From assembly GCA_041746255.1 (NCBI GenBank), contig JBGTHM010000125.1, forward strand, positions 64,114-128,113: a DNA stretch of 64,000 nucleotides, read 5' to 3'. The notes beneath the pieces were generated by a model. It ran no database searches. It had not been told where the DNA came from and was given only the letters and a program-made list of their open reading frames with translations. Positions 29,381 through 39,381 of the stretch are shown piece after piece; within the stretch, counting starts at the first letter, position 1, and every line of letters starts with the position of its first letter. The translations under genes and the position numbers were made by a program. Origin of the DNA: Fibrobacteria bacterium. Lineage in GTDB: Bacteria; Fibrobacterota; Fibrobacteria; UBA11236.

Positions 29381-29411
29381 ATTCTCAATAAGAATGAGAT
29401 TCAGTCTCAAT
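29381..29411. promoter_or_regulatory. Fur-box-like inverted repeat(s) upstream of the TonB receptor
   Basis: AATGAGATTCAGTCTCAAT (TGAGA-N5-TCTCA) overlapping ATTCT-N5-AGAAT, about 30-60 nt upstream of the start. Confidence 0.6.
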
Positions 29412-29484
29412 ATTAATTAAGGATAGATCGAAATGAAATTTGCGGCAAGGGGAGAGTTACGTCAAATCAACAAAGTGCAAGTGG

Positions 29485-30312
29485 CTACCCCGGCGAAAAT
29501 CCTGAAATTTCCTTGAGCAGCCGCGAAAGGCCCTCATTCAGGCGCGAAATCCTTCCCGGCAACGGTTCCAGCGAGGATTCGTCCAGATAGAGGTCCCGGT
29601 TGATTTCCAACATCAATCCGGGTTTGGCATGCGGGATCCGGGGGTCGGAATGGTGTTCTACGATGAATCCCTCATAGAAGGGATGGTTGAGGCTCACCCC
29701 CCTGGGGCCCTTTGCGTCTGACAGGAGATCTTGGAAAATACTTTCCAGGCGCTCCTTGACGAACCGGGCCATTTCGGGTGAACAGGAGTTATGGTGGTGA
29801 TCCGGATGTAACTTGCCGGTTTCGTCCCCGATATTGGCGACGCAAAAAGCCGGTCTGGGATTTCCGCTATCCGGGCCGATAGCCGGCCCTTGGCCTGACA
29901 TGGAATGGCAGTCGAGGAAGAACTTTATTTCCGTGCGGGACAGGATTTCCGCCATTGCAGAGTGGTAGGGATCGAAATAACGGCTAAGACGGCTCTCTCT
30001 TTCTTCCTCGGTTAGCTTGAATCCTTCCGGGTAAAACGCGCGGCGCGAGAAATCGGTCATCTTGATGATGCCGTTTTCCCCGTCTTCGTCTCTACGTCGG
30101 TTCAAATCGACTACGAAGCGCGAGACCGGCGCCTTTAGTACGATCGCTGCCTGGATAGCATAAATCGCTTCGGTAAACGGATCGCTTTCCTGCAACAGCC
30201 GGCGCTTCAGCGAAGTTTCGCATTCACCCGTCGCAAGCATCCGGGTCCTGACTTCGGGGGGCACTTCCGTGCTGCCGTGCGGAATGGAAAGGAGCAGAGG
30301 GAGGCTTTGCAT
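29485..30312 (-). CDS. N-formylglutamate amidohydrolase family protein
   Basis: LSIPHGS, DPFT, SRFVVDLNR, YFDPYH, LDCHSM, MLEINRDLY. Confidence 0.88.
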   Translation of the reverse strand: MQSLPLLLSIPHGSTEVPPEVRTRMLATGECETSLKRRLLQESDPFTEAIYAIQAAIVLKAPVSRFVVDLNRRRDEDGENGIIKMTDFSRRAFYPEGFKLTEEERESRLSRYFDPYHSAMAEILSRTEIKFFLDCHSMSGQGPAIGPDSGNPRPAFCVANIGDETGKLHPDHHHNSCSPEMARFVKERLESIFQDLLSDAKGPRGVSLNHPFYEGFIVEHHSDPRIPHAKPGLMLEINRDLYLDESSLEPLPGRISRLNEGLSRLLKEISGFSPG

Positions 30313-30334
30313 GGATTTTTTCTCGAGGGTATTT

Positions 30335-31924
30335 TCAGAAAGCGCTGCGGGTAAGTCGTAAGAGTTCGGCCGTGGTCCTATTCAGTTCGGCGCGCGAAGC
30401 GTCGAATTGGTTGACGAAGAGGGCGAAGGCCACCAGCCGGCCCGAATCGGCCTTAAGGTAACCGGCCAAGGCGTAAACACCTTCCAATGTGCCGGTTTTG
30501 GCATAGAGCTTATCGCTCCATCCTTTACCGTAGAACGATTCCAACCGGCCTTGTTTCTCGCCTCCATTCAGCAAAGATGCGTGAAAATGCTGGAAATGAG
30601 GTCGAGTGGAAATTCGGGTCAAGAATAAGGTGAAGTCGTCGGCGGCCACCCAGTTATGACGCGAAAGGCCGCTCCCGTCTTTCAGCCGAGTGCGCTGCAA
30701 AGGCATGCCCGTTGACTTCAACGAAGCGGTCAACGCTTGTAAGCCTTCGCTGAGGTCGCCGCGCTTTCCCGCGTGTTTTCCCATCAGGGCCAGCAATTGC
30801 TCGGCATAATTATTGTCGCTCTTTTGGTTGACGTATTTGATGATTTCGCGCATGGGGGGCGAGTAGTGTTCGGCTAATACCCGGTTTTCCCCTGGGGGAA
30901 GCGGTCTGGGAAAGGCTTGGGGGGTTTCCGGGCAAAAGGATGATTGGGATTTATCCGGAGAAAAGCGTATACCTCGGGCCGCAAGAAATTGTTGCAACTC
31001 GCGGGCGGCGGTCCAATCCGGATGGGGAAGACTGCCTTTGATGGAAAATCTTTTATGGCCCGCCGGGTAAGTGCCTTGTACGAGACGGGTCGGTCTCAAA
31101 AAGGAACCGAAGAGATAGGCCCTATCTCCGCTTCGCGGCGGACCGGTACGCACCCGATTTTCAAAATGGGTGATTCCGGTATGGCGGGGGCGGGTACCCA
31201 CAATCTGGGTGGACGCTCCGGGTTTGTCGGAGCCGGTGAAATCCAGCAAGTAAAGGTTGTCGTTGAAGCTCAGGCCGCTGACGATGCCTCCATAATAATT
31301 GCCGATGTCTTCCCACAAAGCGCTGGGGCTCGGCCCCCGCTGTTCGAGATACGCAGCATCGGCGATCACACAACCCGCCACTTCAGATATCCCTGCTTTT
31401 TTCAATGAATCGGCCCACACCGAAAAAATCGCCGCGGCGCCAAAAGCGGGTCCGAAATGGGCGCTGGCAAAGGCGGGGTCTCCACCGCCTTTCACGATAA
31501 GGTGACCTTTCAGGCGTCCCTGGGAGATTTCGCCCGAGGCCAATAGACGGGTGGTGAAGCGATGGTCCGGGCCGAATTTTTCGAGAGCGCTAGAGGTGGT
31601 GAATAATTTTTGCGTGGAAGCTGGAATCACGGCTTTGAGGCCGTTATAGGAGAAGACGGTTGCTCCGGTAGCCACTTCGCGCACCGAGTAGCTGAAAGTG
31701 GCTTCCGCGGGATAAGCGTTCATTTGCACGCTGAGCGGATTGACTTCGGCGGCGGCGCCCGGTATATTTGCGGACCCTGCGATGAGCAGGAGAATCGTCG
31801 CTAGGCGGAAAAGCACCCATGTGTGAAGGGCGCATCTCGGCAACGGAGGCGCAAGCGGAGGCGAATAGAGACGCATTTGCCTCTTTCGGAGCCGGAAAAG
31901 GCTGGGGATGGAAATTGCGCCCAC
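30335..31924 (-). CDS. dacB: D-alanyl-D-alanine carboxypeptidase/endopeptidase (PBP4, peptidase S13); true start probably downstream of 31924
   Basis: PASTQK (SxxK), KSDNNYAE (SxN), DGSGLSR, AKTGTL. Confidence 0.92.
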   Translation of the reverse strand: MGAISIPSLFRLRKRQMRLYSPPLAPPLPRCALHTWVLFRLATILLLIAGSANIPGAAAEVNPLSVQMNAYPAEATFSYSVREVATGATVFSYNGLKAVIPASTQKLFTTSSALEKFGPDHRFTTRLLASGEISQGRLKGHLIVKGGGDPAFASAHFGPAFGAAAIFSVWADSLKKAGISEVAGCVIADAAYLEQRGPSPSALWEDIGNYYGGIVSGLSFNDNLYLLDFTGSDKPGASTQIVGTRPRHTGITHFENRVRTGPPRSGDRAYLFGSFLRPTRLVQGTYPAGHKRFSIKGSLPHPDWTAARELQQFLAARGIRFSPDKSQSSFCPETPQAFPRPLPPGENRVLAEHYSPPMREIIKYVNQKSDNNYAEQLLALMGKHAGKRGDLSEGLQALTASLKSTGMPLQRTRLKDGSGLSRHNWVAADDFTLFLTRISTRPHFQHFHASLLNGGEKQGRLESFYGKGWSDKLYAKTGTLEGVYALAGYLKADSGRLVAFALFVNQFDASRAELNRTTAELLRLTRSAF

Positions 31925-31971
31925 GGATTTAAATTTACTAAGGAATTGACCGAGGATGGAAGGAATGGGCG

Positions 31972-32472
31972 ATGCATAAGGACCGAATGACTGTTTCCGA
32001 CGGTAAAACGGAGTCTTCCGAATTAATTCTCCACGCCGATCTCAACAGCATGGGGAATTTGTTCGGAGGCCGCCTGGTTTCCATGATCGACAAGGTGGCG
32101 GCCATCAGCGCCATCAAGCATACGCGCGGTCCCGTGGTCACCATATCCATCGATTCGTTGGTGTTTCGGCGTCCGGTCACCAATGGTTCCATCGTGACGC
32201 TCAAAGCTTCGGTCAATCGCGCCTTTTCCCATTCGTTGGAGGTGGGCGTAATCGCCATGACCTTGCCTCCGGGCGCTACCGAGGCGGAGAAAGTCTGCTC
32301 CGCTTATCTCAGCTTCGTGGCTTTGGACGAGGACGGCAAGCCGCGTCCGGTTCACGATGTCATTACCGAAACGGAAGAAGAAAAAAGACGTTGGCAGCAG
32401 GCGCTCATCCGCCGGAACCATCGCCTGAGTTTGCGCGATTTGCTGGATCGCGGCGAGGGTTGCGCTCCTTGA
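31972..32472 (+). CDS. Acyl-CoA thioesterase (hotdog fold, YciA-like)
   Basis: DLNSMGNLFGG...D..A, SLEVGV, FVALDEDGKPRPV. Confidence 0.9.
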   Translation: MHKDRMTVSDGKTESSELILHADLNSMGNLFGGRLVSMIDKVAAISAIKHTRGPVVTISIDSLVFRRPVTNGSIVTLKASVNRAFSHSLEVGVIAMTLPPGATEAEKVCSAYLSFVALDEDGKPRPVHDVITETEEEKRRWQQALIRRNHRLSLRDLLDRGEGCAP

Positions 32473-34442
32473 AAACATTCGCGGTAAATCTGGATCAGAT
32501 GGAGGTCTTTCCCGGGGATCCGGAAAGGAACGCCGCCCATATTCTGGCCGAAATGGAACGCTGCAAATCCGAAAAAGTCGATTTGTTGGTGTTTCCCGAA
32601 ATGGCGCTGCCGGGATATTTGCTGGGCGACATGTGGGAGAGGGGCGCGTTTCTGCGCGATTGCGACTATTGGGCGGAGCGCATCATCGCGGCTACCGGCG
32701 AACCGGGCATGGACATGACGGTTGTGTTCGGCACGGTCGTCACCGAATGGGACGAGCGCGGCGAAGATGGGCGGCCCCGTAAATATAACGGCTTCGTGGC
32801 GGCTCGCGAAGGCCGGGCCGTGATGAACCCGGCGCTGCGCCGTCCGTATGGGATTAAAACCTTGCTGCCCAGCTATCGGGAATTCGACGATCCCCGTCAC
32901 TTCTACGATACCCGTCGCCTGGCTTTGGAAAAAGGCGTCGCCTGGGAAGATTTGTTGCAACCCTGGGAACTGGAGGGCGGCGGCGAAAAAATGCGCGTGG
33001 GCATCATCCTGTGCGAAGACGCTTGGGACGATGATTATGCGCAAAAACCCCTGCAGGTCTTGCGGGCCAAAGGTTGCGACTTCATACTCAATTTGAGTTG
33101 TTCGCCTTTTACGCGCGGAAAGAACGGCAAAAGAAACCGCGTCTTTTCCGCCCATGCCGAGCGACTGGGTTGTCCGCTGCTGTATGTCAATGCCGTGGGT
33201 TTGCAGAACAATGGCAAGACGGTTTTCGCATTCGACGGGCATACTACCGCTTATGATGGCCAAGGGCGGGTGAAATTGGAGCTTGAAGCCCTGAATCCCA
33301 TGCGAGGGAGAGTGGAGTTCCTGCGGGGAAAAGATGGCTTGTTGGATTTCGCGGAAGCGGCGGTGAAAACGGGCGGAGTGGTGGCAAGCCATGTGGGCCG
33401 CGATAAGCCTTCGGTGCGGACCGAAGGCATGCCGGAGATCTATGCGGCGCTGCGTTTCGGCGTCGGGCGCTTTCTGGCCGGAACGGGCTGCGACAAGGTG
33501 GTCATCGGCGCTTCGGGCGGTATCGACAGCGCCGTCTGCGCCGCGCTTTTCGCTTCCATATTGCCCCCGGAAAATCTCTTGCTGGTGAATATGCCCAGCC
33601 GCCATAACAGCCCGACCACGCGCGGCCTGGCGCGGGAACTGGCCGGCAACTTGGGTTGCCTGTATGCCGAGGTTCCCATCGAAGAGAGCGTCGAGCTTAC
33701 GCGTAGGCAAATCGACGGTCTCCGGGCCGAGTCGTTGGACGGTAAGTTGCAAACCGTGCTTCACCTTTCCGATTTCCATCTGGAAAACGTGCAGGCGCGC
33801 GATCGTTCCGGCCGGATTCTGGCGGCGATTGCTTCGGCTTTCGGAGGCGTATTTACCTGCAACGCCAATAAGGCGGAAATCACGGTGGGTTATTGTTCTT
33901 TATACGGCGACTTGGCGGGATTCCTCTGCCCGCTCGGAGACCTATGGAAAGAGGATGTCTATGCCCTGGGGCGGTATGTGAATTCAGATGTATTTCATCG
34001 GGAAGTTATACCGGAAGGGGTTTTCACCGTGGTCCCCAGTGCGGAGTTATCCTCCCATCAAAATGTCGACCAGGGGCAAGGCGATCCGCTGGTCTATGCC
34101 TATCACGATAAACTCTTCTTCGCCTGGACGCAGCGTTGGCGGCGGGCTTCCCCCGAGGAGGTGCTGGAATGGTATTTGGAGGGAACCCTGAATTCCAACC
34201 TGAACTGCGGCATCGATGCCTACGCGCTATTTTCCGGGCCGGAGGAATTCATACTGGACCTGGAAAATTGGTGGAATCGATATTGCGGCATGGGGGTGGC
34301 CAAACGCATCCAAGCGCCGCCGGTGATGGCGGTGAGTTCGCGCGCTTACGGATTCGACCACCGCGAGCACCAGGGAAAGCCCTTTTATTCGCGGCGTTAC
34401 GCGGAGCTTAAGGAAAAAGCGCTGCGCACGGGGCCATCGTGA
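32469..34442 (+). CDS. nadE: Glutamine-dependent NAD(+) synthetase
   Basis: Nitrilase domain (FPEM, K, LCED) plus NAD synthase domain (GASGGIDSA, ENVQARDR, GYCSLYGD, PSAEL). TTG start overlaps the thioesterase stop. Confidence 0.95.
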   Translation: MKTFAVNLDQMEVFPGDPERNAAHILAEMERCKSEKVDLLVFPEMALPGYLLGDMWERGAFLRDCDYWAERIIAATGEPGMDMTVVFGTVVTEWDERGEDGRPRKYNGFVAAREGRAVMNPALRRPYGIKTLLPSYREFDDPRHFYDTRRLALEKGVAWEDLLQPWELEGGGEKMRVGIILCEDAWDDDYAQKPLQVLRAKGCDFILNLSCSPFTRGKNGKRNRVFSAHAERLGCPLLYVNAVGLQNNGKTVFAFDGHTTAYDGQGRVKLELEALNPMRGRVEFLRGKDGLLDFAEAAVKTGGVVASHVGRDKPSVRTEGMPEIYAALRFGVGRFLAGTGCDKVVIGASGGIDSAVCAALFASILPPENLLLVNMPSRHNSPTTRGLARELAGNLGCLYAEVPIEESVELTRRQIDGLRAESLDGKLQTVLHLSDFHLENVQARDRSGRILAAIASAFGGVFTCNANKAEITVGYCSLYGDLAGFLCPLGDLWKEDVYALGRYVNSDVFHREVIPEGVFTVVPSAELSSHQNVDQGQGDPLVYAYHDKLFFAWTQRWRRASPEEVLEWYLEGTLNSNLNCGIDAYALFSGPEEFILDLENWWNRYCGMGVAKRIQAPPVMAVSSRAYGFDHREHQGKPFYSRRYAELKEKALRTGPS

Positions 34443-35413
34443 CGGCGCGGGTCCAGGGCCGGACCGCTTTCGTGGCGCATGCCCGAGCCTTGCCGGGATT
34501 GCCCTCCGTGCGTCCCTTCCTGAAATGGGCGGGCGGCAAGTCGCAATTGCTGGAAGTGATCGATCGGCATTTCCCTCCCGCCTTGAAGGAAGGCCGGGTG
34601 AAAAATTATTTCGAACCTTTTCTGGGCGGGGGGTCGGTATTTTTCCATGTGGCCCGGCATTATCCCATCCGTTCGGCGCGGCTGTTCGACGTCAATGAAG
34701 AGTTGGTCCTGACCTATCGAGTGGTGCAGGAACGGGTGGATGAATTGGTGGAGTACCTTTTCGACTACTCCGCGAAATATCTGCGTTGCGGCCCGGAACG
34801 GCGGGAGAAGATGTATCGCGACATGCGCTCGCGTTTCAACCAGGACCGGTTCAACGTCAATTACGCCCGCCTGGCGGATAACTGGGTTCCCCGCGCCGCG
34901 CAGGTCATTTTCCTCAATAAAACCTGCTTCAACGGTTTATTCCGGGTGAACCGCAGCGGGGAATTCAATGTGCCTATCGGACGCTACGTAAAACCCGCCA
35001 TTTTGGATGAACTGAATTTACGGCAAGCTTCCAAAGCCTTGAGCATCGCCGAAATCCGACGGGGGGATTTCGCTTCCATCCGTTCACGCGCCAAGTCGGG
35101 GGATTTCGTGTATTACGATCCGCCTTATCGTCCTCTTAGCGCCACTTCGAATTTCAAGTCTTACAGTAAAATCGATTTCAACGATGGGGAACAGGGGCGG
35201 CTCGCCGGATTTTTCCGGGAATTGCATGCTAAAGGCGTCATGCAAATGCTCAGCAATTCCGATCCCAAAAATAGCGATCCCAAAGACGACTTCTTCGATC
35301 GCAGCTACGCGCACGACGAGTTTACCTTGAGACGCGTTCCCGCCACCCGGATGATCAACAGCAATGCGGCCAAACGAGGGCGCATCAACGAGCTCCTTAT
35401 CACGAATTACTAG
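34439..35413 (+). CDS. Dam/DpnM-family DNA adenine methyltransferase (D12 class)
   Basis: PFLKWAGGK, EPFLGGGSV, LNKTCFNGLFRVN, DPPY, MLSNS, ELLITNY. Confidence 0.95.
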   Translation: MTARVQGRTAFVAHARALPGLPSVRPFLKWAGGKSQLLEVIDRHFPPALKEGRVKNYFEPFLGGGSVFFHVARHYPIRSARLFDVNEELVLTYRVVQERVDELVEYLFDYSAKYLRCGPERREKMYRDMRSRFNQDRFNVNYARLADNWVPRAAQVIFLNKTCFNGLFRVNRSGEFNVPIGRYVKPAILDELNLRQASKALSIAEIRRGDFASIRSRAKSGDFVYYDPPYRPLSATSNFKSYSKIDFNDGEQGRLAGFFRELHAKGVMQMLSNSDPKNSDPKDDFFDRSYAHDEFTLRRVPATRMINSNAAKRGRINELLITNY

Positions 35414-35451
35414 CGCATGCTCCGTGCGGACGGTTTGGGAAGGGAGCCACT

Positions 35452-36765
35452 ATGGGAAAACAGGACGACGCTTGGGAAAAGGTTTTCCATCGGCTTCCTG
35501 TATTGGAAAGCCTTACGACGCAAGGCTATGCCCTGCTTACCGCGGATGAATTGAAGCTGCACGGCGAGAGGGAGCCTCGGCTGATGGCCAAACTGGATAC
35601 CTTGGCCGAAAGACCCGCCCTTTTCGTAAAGCACCAGCTCGCGCTGTTCCCCGTGCAAAATGGGCGTTACATCCTATTCCCGGATAAACGGCAGATGAGC
35701 TATTATGGCATCGGCCGGGAATGGGAGGCGATGACCCCGGAAATCTATTTTTCCCAGGTTGACCTCTCCGCTTATGACAGCTATCCCCGCGAGCAGAATT
35801 TCAGCGAAAGCCAGGCGCTGGATTTCGCCTACCTGGCTTCACTCTTACGGACTTTCTGCCGCGATGAAACCATGCAGCTTACCATTCGTGGCCGTCTTTT
35901 CTCCGGCGATTTCCATTTTACCCTTCCGGACCGCGAGCATAAGGTGGAGGTTTCGGGAGTGCAAATCGAAGTGGACGCCGGGTATGAAGGGCGGGACGCC
36001 ATTTATCTGGTGGAGGCCAAGCGTGGCCGTCGACAGGATTTCCACATCCGGCAATTGTATTACCCCTTTCTTAACTGGAAGGGAAAAACCGCCAAGAAAG
36101 TCATTCCCATTTTTTTCGCCTATAGCAATGGACAATTCTATCTCGCCGAATTCGGTTTCTCGGAAAAGTTCGGTGAGATGCGCGTGCTGCGCAAGGCCTG
36201 CTATACCGTAAACGATACGCCGTGGCTGTCCCTCGATTTACCGGGCTTATTGGAACGGGTGCGCGTCGAAGCGGAGCCGGAAACGACTTTCCCACAGGCC
36301 AATGATTTGGATAAGGTGGTGGATTTGTTGCAAATGGCCTCCGGAGGGAAGATTGGAAAAGCCGAAATCGCGGATCTTTTCGAATTCGAAGACAGGCAAG
36401 CCGATTATTACGCCAATGCCGCCGCTTATCTGGGGTTGCTGCGGCGCGAGAAAGGCACATTCGCCGTTACGGAAAGGGGAGCCGTTTTCAGAAGCTTGAA
36501 CCTGCGGGCGGAACGGACAAATTTTCTGGTGGAGAGGATGGCTGCGCTTCCGATTTTTCGAGACTCCTTGATGCTATTAATGGAAAGGGATTTCGAACTG
36601 GCTGCCATCGGACAAGATGAAATCGCTTCCATTATTTCCTGCCGGGCCGCGCTTTCATCGACCACTCCCTTGCGACGCGCCTCGACTGTGCGCAGTTGGT
36701 TGGCGTGGATTTTAAAGAACAGTCGAATTGAGGGGATAAATACGGTACAACTTTCCCTGGTATAG
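35452..36765 (+). CDS. Putative type II restriction endonuclease (PD-(D/E)xK; DUF6997/DUF6996-like) with a C-terminal winged-helix-like domain
   Basis: EPRLMAKLD, QIEVDAGYEG..IYLVEAK, DFHIRQLYYPF, FPQAND, RQADYYANAAAYLGL, RRASTVRSW; directly downstream of the methylase. Confidence 0.75.
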   Translation: MGKQDDAWEKVFHRLPVLESLTTQGYALLTADELKLHGEREPRLMAKLDTLAERPALFVKHQLALFPVQNGRYILFPDKRQMSYYGIGREWEAMTPEIYFSQVDLSAYDSYPREQNFSESQALDFAYLASLLRTFCRDETMQLTIRGRLFSGDFHFTLPDREHKVEVSGVQIEVDAGYEGRDAIYLVEAKRGRRQDFHIRQLYYPFLNWKGKTAKKVIPIFFAYSNGQFYLAEFGFSEKFGEMRVLRKACYTVNDTPWLSLDLPGLLERVRVEAEPETTFPQANDLDKVVDLLQMASGGKIGKAEIADLFEFEDRQADYYANAAAYLGLLRREKGTFAVTERGAVFRSLNLRAERTNFLVERMAALPIFRDSLMLLMERDFELAAIGQDEIASIISCRAALSSTTPLRRASTVRSWLAWILKNSRIEGINTVQLSLV

Positions 36766-36851
36766 CCTCGGAGCAGGCTAATTCAGGACTATTTCGGGGA
36801 AATCAGGCCAAATAGTTGACGTTTGCCCAAAGCCGGGTACATTATTGCCTT

Positions 36852-37286
36852 ATGAAGGAAAAATCTCCACTCGCCGTGACGGCAAAACGGTGGTTCGCCG
36901 CCGATAGGTACCTGTTGGTACGCACTTTTTCACGCGCGAAACTGATGGCGCAATGGATGTTTTTGGGAAAGAACGGATCGGCGGAAGTCGAAAACGAATT
37001 CAGGGTCAACGGCAAATTCAGCATTGAGATGCGGGAGGGAGGCGAAGTCCGCGAATATTCCGGCGCGTATAAGGAGATTGTCCCGGGCCGGAAAATCGTC
37101 TTTACCTGGCACTCGGATTCGGTGAAAAACACGGAAGTTACCATCACTTTCGCCGAGAAGGAAGGCGGCACCGAATTCATTCTCACCCACAGTCAGATTC
37201 CGGACGAAGAGACTCTCAAAGAGTTGGAACAGTTCTGGACCGCCTGCCTGAACAACCTGGAAAAAATGACTACTGAGAACAAATAG
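36852..37286 (+). CDS. SRPBCC/AHSA1-like domain protein
   Basis: G.Y.EIVPGRKIVFTW, TEVTITF....GGT...LTH, W...LNNL. Confidence 0.85.
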   Translation: MKEKSPLAVTAKRWFAADRYLLVRTFSRAKLMAQWMFLGKNGSAEVENEFRVNGKFSIEMREGGEVREYSGAYKEIVPGRKIVFTWHSDSVKNTEVTITFAEKEGGTEFILTHSQIPDEETLKELEQFWTACLNNLEKMTTENK

Positions 37287-37349
37287 GTAGGGCCGCTTCA
37301 CAGCGGGGTCACCTCCTCGTTTTACCAAAGGAAAGACTTTCAATATCGC

Positions 37350-37847
37350 CTATTTCTTCGGCTTTTTGCGGAAGTGAACCACCTTCTCCACTTCCGCATG
37401 CACGACGCCCTCGGCATCGGTCAGATTGACTTTGAAGTCGAGATCCAATTTTTCCTGACTCTCGAGTGCTTGGCGAACCCTATCCACCTGTTCGTCCGTG
37501 ATTAGAAATTCCGCGAAAAGATCCGCGCGACCCGGCTTGCGATAACGAATGCTTCCCGCTTTGTCCCACACGATGTAATTGCGTCCCAGAATATTCATGA
37601 ACATGGTCATGTAAACGGGATCGGTGGCCGCGAACATGCTTCCGCCGAAAGTCACGCCCACGATGTTTCGGGTTCTCCATGTGAGGGGCAGTTTGACCCG
37701 CACCTGTTGGAAGTCGGAACGGATGAAGACTATCTTGGCTCCGGTGAACCAATAGCAGGGGAAGAAATTGAGCCGCAAGCGTAGCAGCCGGGATTTCCAA
37801 TTCTCGTGCATGGGAATGGGGTTTTCCTTAATCATTGCGATAACCAA
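37350..37847 (-). CDS. DUF4442/PaaI-type thioesterase-fold protein
   Basis: TRNIVGVTFGGSMFAATDP, YIVWDKAGSIRYRKPG. Confidence 0.85.
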   Translation of the reverse strand: MVIAMIKENPIPMHENWKSRLLRLRLNFFPCYWFTGAKIVFIRSDFQQVRVKLPLTWRTRNIVGVTFGGSMFAATDPVYMTMFMNILGRNYIVWDKAGSIRYRKPGRADLFAEFLITDEQVDRVRQALESQEKLDLDFKVNLTDAEGVVHAEVEKVVHFRKKPKK

Positions 37848-37898
37848 CTCTCCGAAATGATGAAATCGGTCACTGCGGTGCTCGCCTAATTGTCGGAC

Positions 37899-38606
37899 TC
37901 ATAGCTCGCCCAAATAAGCTTCTTGCACCCGGCTGTCCCGGGAGAGCTCCTGGGAATTTCCCTCCATCAAGATACGCCCGGTTTCCAAAACATAGGCTCG
38001 ATGGGAATGATGCAGGGCTACCCGGGCATTTTGTTCCACCAGTAAAATGGTGGTCCCTTCGCGACTGATGGCTTCGATGGCCTGATAAATGCTCTTAACC
38101 AGCAAGGGCGCGATACCCAGGGAAGGTTCGTCCAAAAGCAGCAGCCGGGGGCGGGCCATCAAGGCGCGCCCGATGGCCAACATCTGCTGCTCGCCTCCGC
38201 TCAAGGTTCCCGCCATCTGGCGTTTACGCTCTTCCAATCTGGGGAACAATCCGAAAATATGCAGCAAGTCTTCCTGTTGTTTCTTTCGGTCGCGTTGGAG
38301 ATACCCCCCCAGCTCCAGATTTTCCATCACGGAGAGGTTGGCGAATACCGCCCGGCCTTCCGGCACCAGCGAAATGCCCATGCCGGTGATGAGATGCGTC
38401 GGCACTTTATTGATCCGCTTGCCCTCGTAGAGGATGTCGCCGGAGTAGGGCAGCACCAATCCCACGATGCTGCGCAAGGTGGTGGATTTTCCGGCCCCAT
38501 TGGCTCCGATTAACGTGACGATTTCGCCTTGCTCCACGTTGAGGGTTATCCCGGAGAGGGCTTCGATGGCGCCGTAGCGAGTGGATATATTATTGAGTTG
38601 TAACAT
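37899..38606 (-). CDS. livF: Branched-chain amino acid ABC transporter ATP-binding protein
   Basis: GANGAGKST, VPEGR, LSGGEQQMLAIGRALM, LDEPSLG. Confidence 0.95.
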   Translation of the reverse strand: MLQLNNISTRYGAIEALSGITLNVEQGEIVTLIGANGAGKSTTLRSIVGLVLPYSGDILYEGKRINKVPTHLITGMGISLVPEGRAVFANLSVMENLELGGYLQRDRKKQQEDLLHIFGLFPRLEERKRQMAGTLSGGEQQMLAIGRALMARPRLLLLDEPSLGIAPLLVKSIYQAIEAISREGTTILLVEQNARVALHHSHRAYVLETGRILMEGNSQELSRDSRVQEAYLGEL

Positions 38607-38618
38607 AATAGGATAAGG

Positions 38619-39380
38619 CTATTCTTTCCCCAGGTAGGCTTCGATGACGCCGGGATGGGTGCGCACTTCCTCCGGAGTTCCTACCGTAATGGTTTGCCCA
38701 TATTCGATGACCTGGATGCGCTCACAAACCCCCATCACCACTTTCATATTATGTTCGACCAGTAAAATGCTCAAATCGAACTCGTCGCGCAAGCGGCGTA
38801 TCAACGCCATGAGCGCCACGGCTTCTTGAGGATTCATGCCCGCGGCGGGTTCGTCCAACAACAGCAATTTGGGTCGAGTCGCCAGGGCGCGGGCGATTTC
38901 CAGCCGGCGTTGATGGCCGTAGGGCAGGTTCATGGAAAGGTCGTGGGCGCACCCTTCCAATTGGAAAAGCGAAAGCAGGCGATAGGCGAAGGCTTCGATT
39001 TCTTCTTCTTCTTCATGGAAGGCGGGACTGCGCACCACCGCCGACCATATATTCTGGCGTTTGCTCATGTGGCTGGAGACTTTCACGTTCTCCAAGACCG
39101 TCATGGTATCGAAAAGCCGGATATTCTGAAAGGTCCGCGCGATTCCTCTGGAGGCGATGACATGCGGGGCCTTGCCGTCAATGCGGTTCCCTTCCAGTAA
39201 GATAGCGCCGGAGGTGGGCGGGTATACGCCGGTGATGAGATTGAATATCGTGGTTTTGCCCGCGCCATTGGGCCCGATCAATCCGAAAAGCTCGCTTTTT
39301 TTCACAAAAAGATTGAGATCTTTCACGGCCACCAGACCGCCGAACCGAATCACGCAATCGTTCAATTCCAAAACGGCCAT
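38619..39380 (-). CDS. livG: Branched-chain amino acid ABC transporter ATP-binding protein
   Basis: GPNGAGKTT, RTFQNIRLF, LPYGHQRRLEIARALA, LDEPAAGMN. Confidence 0.95.
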   Translation of the reverse strand: MAVLELNDCVIRFGGLVAVKDLNLFVKKSELFGLIGPNGAGKTTIFNLITGVYPPTSGAILLEGNRIDGKAPHVIASRGIARTFQNIRLFDTMTVLENVKVSSHMSKRQNIWSAVVRSPAFHEEEEEIEAFAYRLLSLFQLEGCAHDLSMNLPYGHQRRLEIARALATRPKLLLLDEPAAGMNPQEAVALMALIRRLRDEFDLSILLVEHNMKVVMGVCERIQVIEYGQTITVGTPEEVRTHPGVIEAYLGKE

Positions 39381-39381
39381 G

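Noticed and set aside
32352..33779. 475-aa - strand ORF
   Set aside because: Antisense shadow of nadE.
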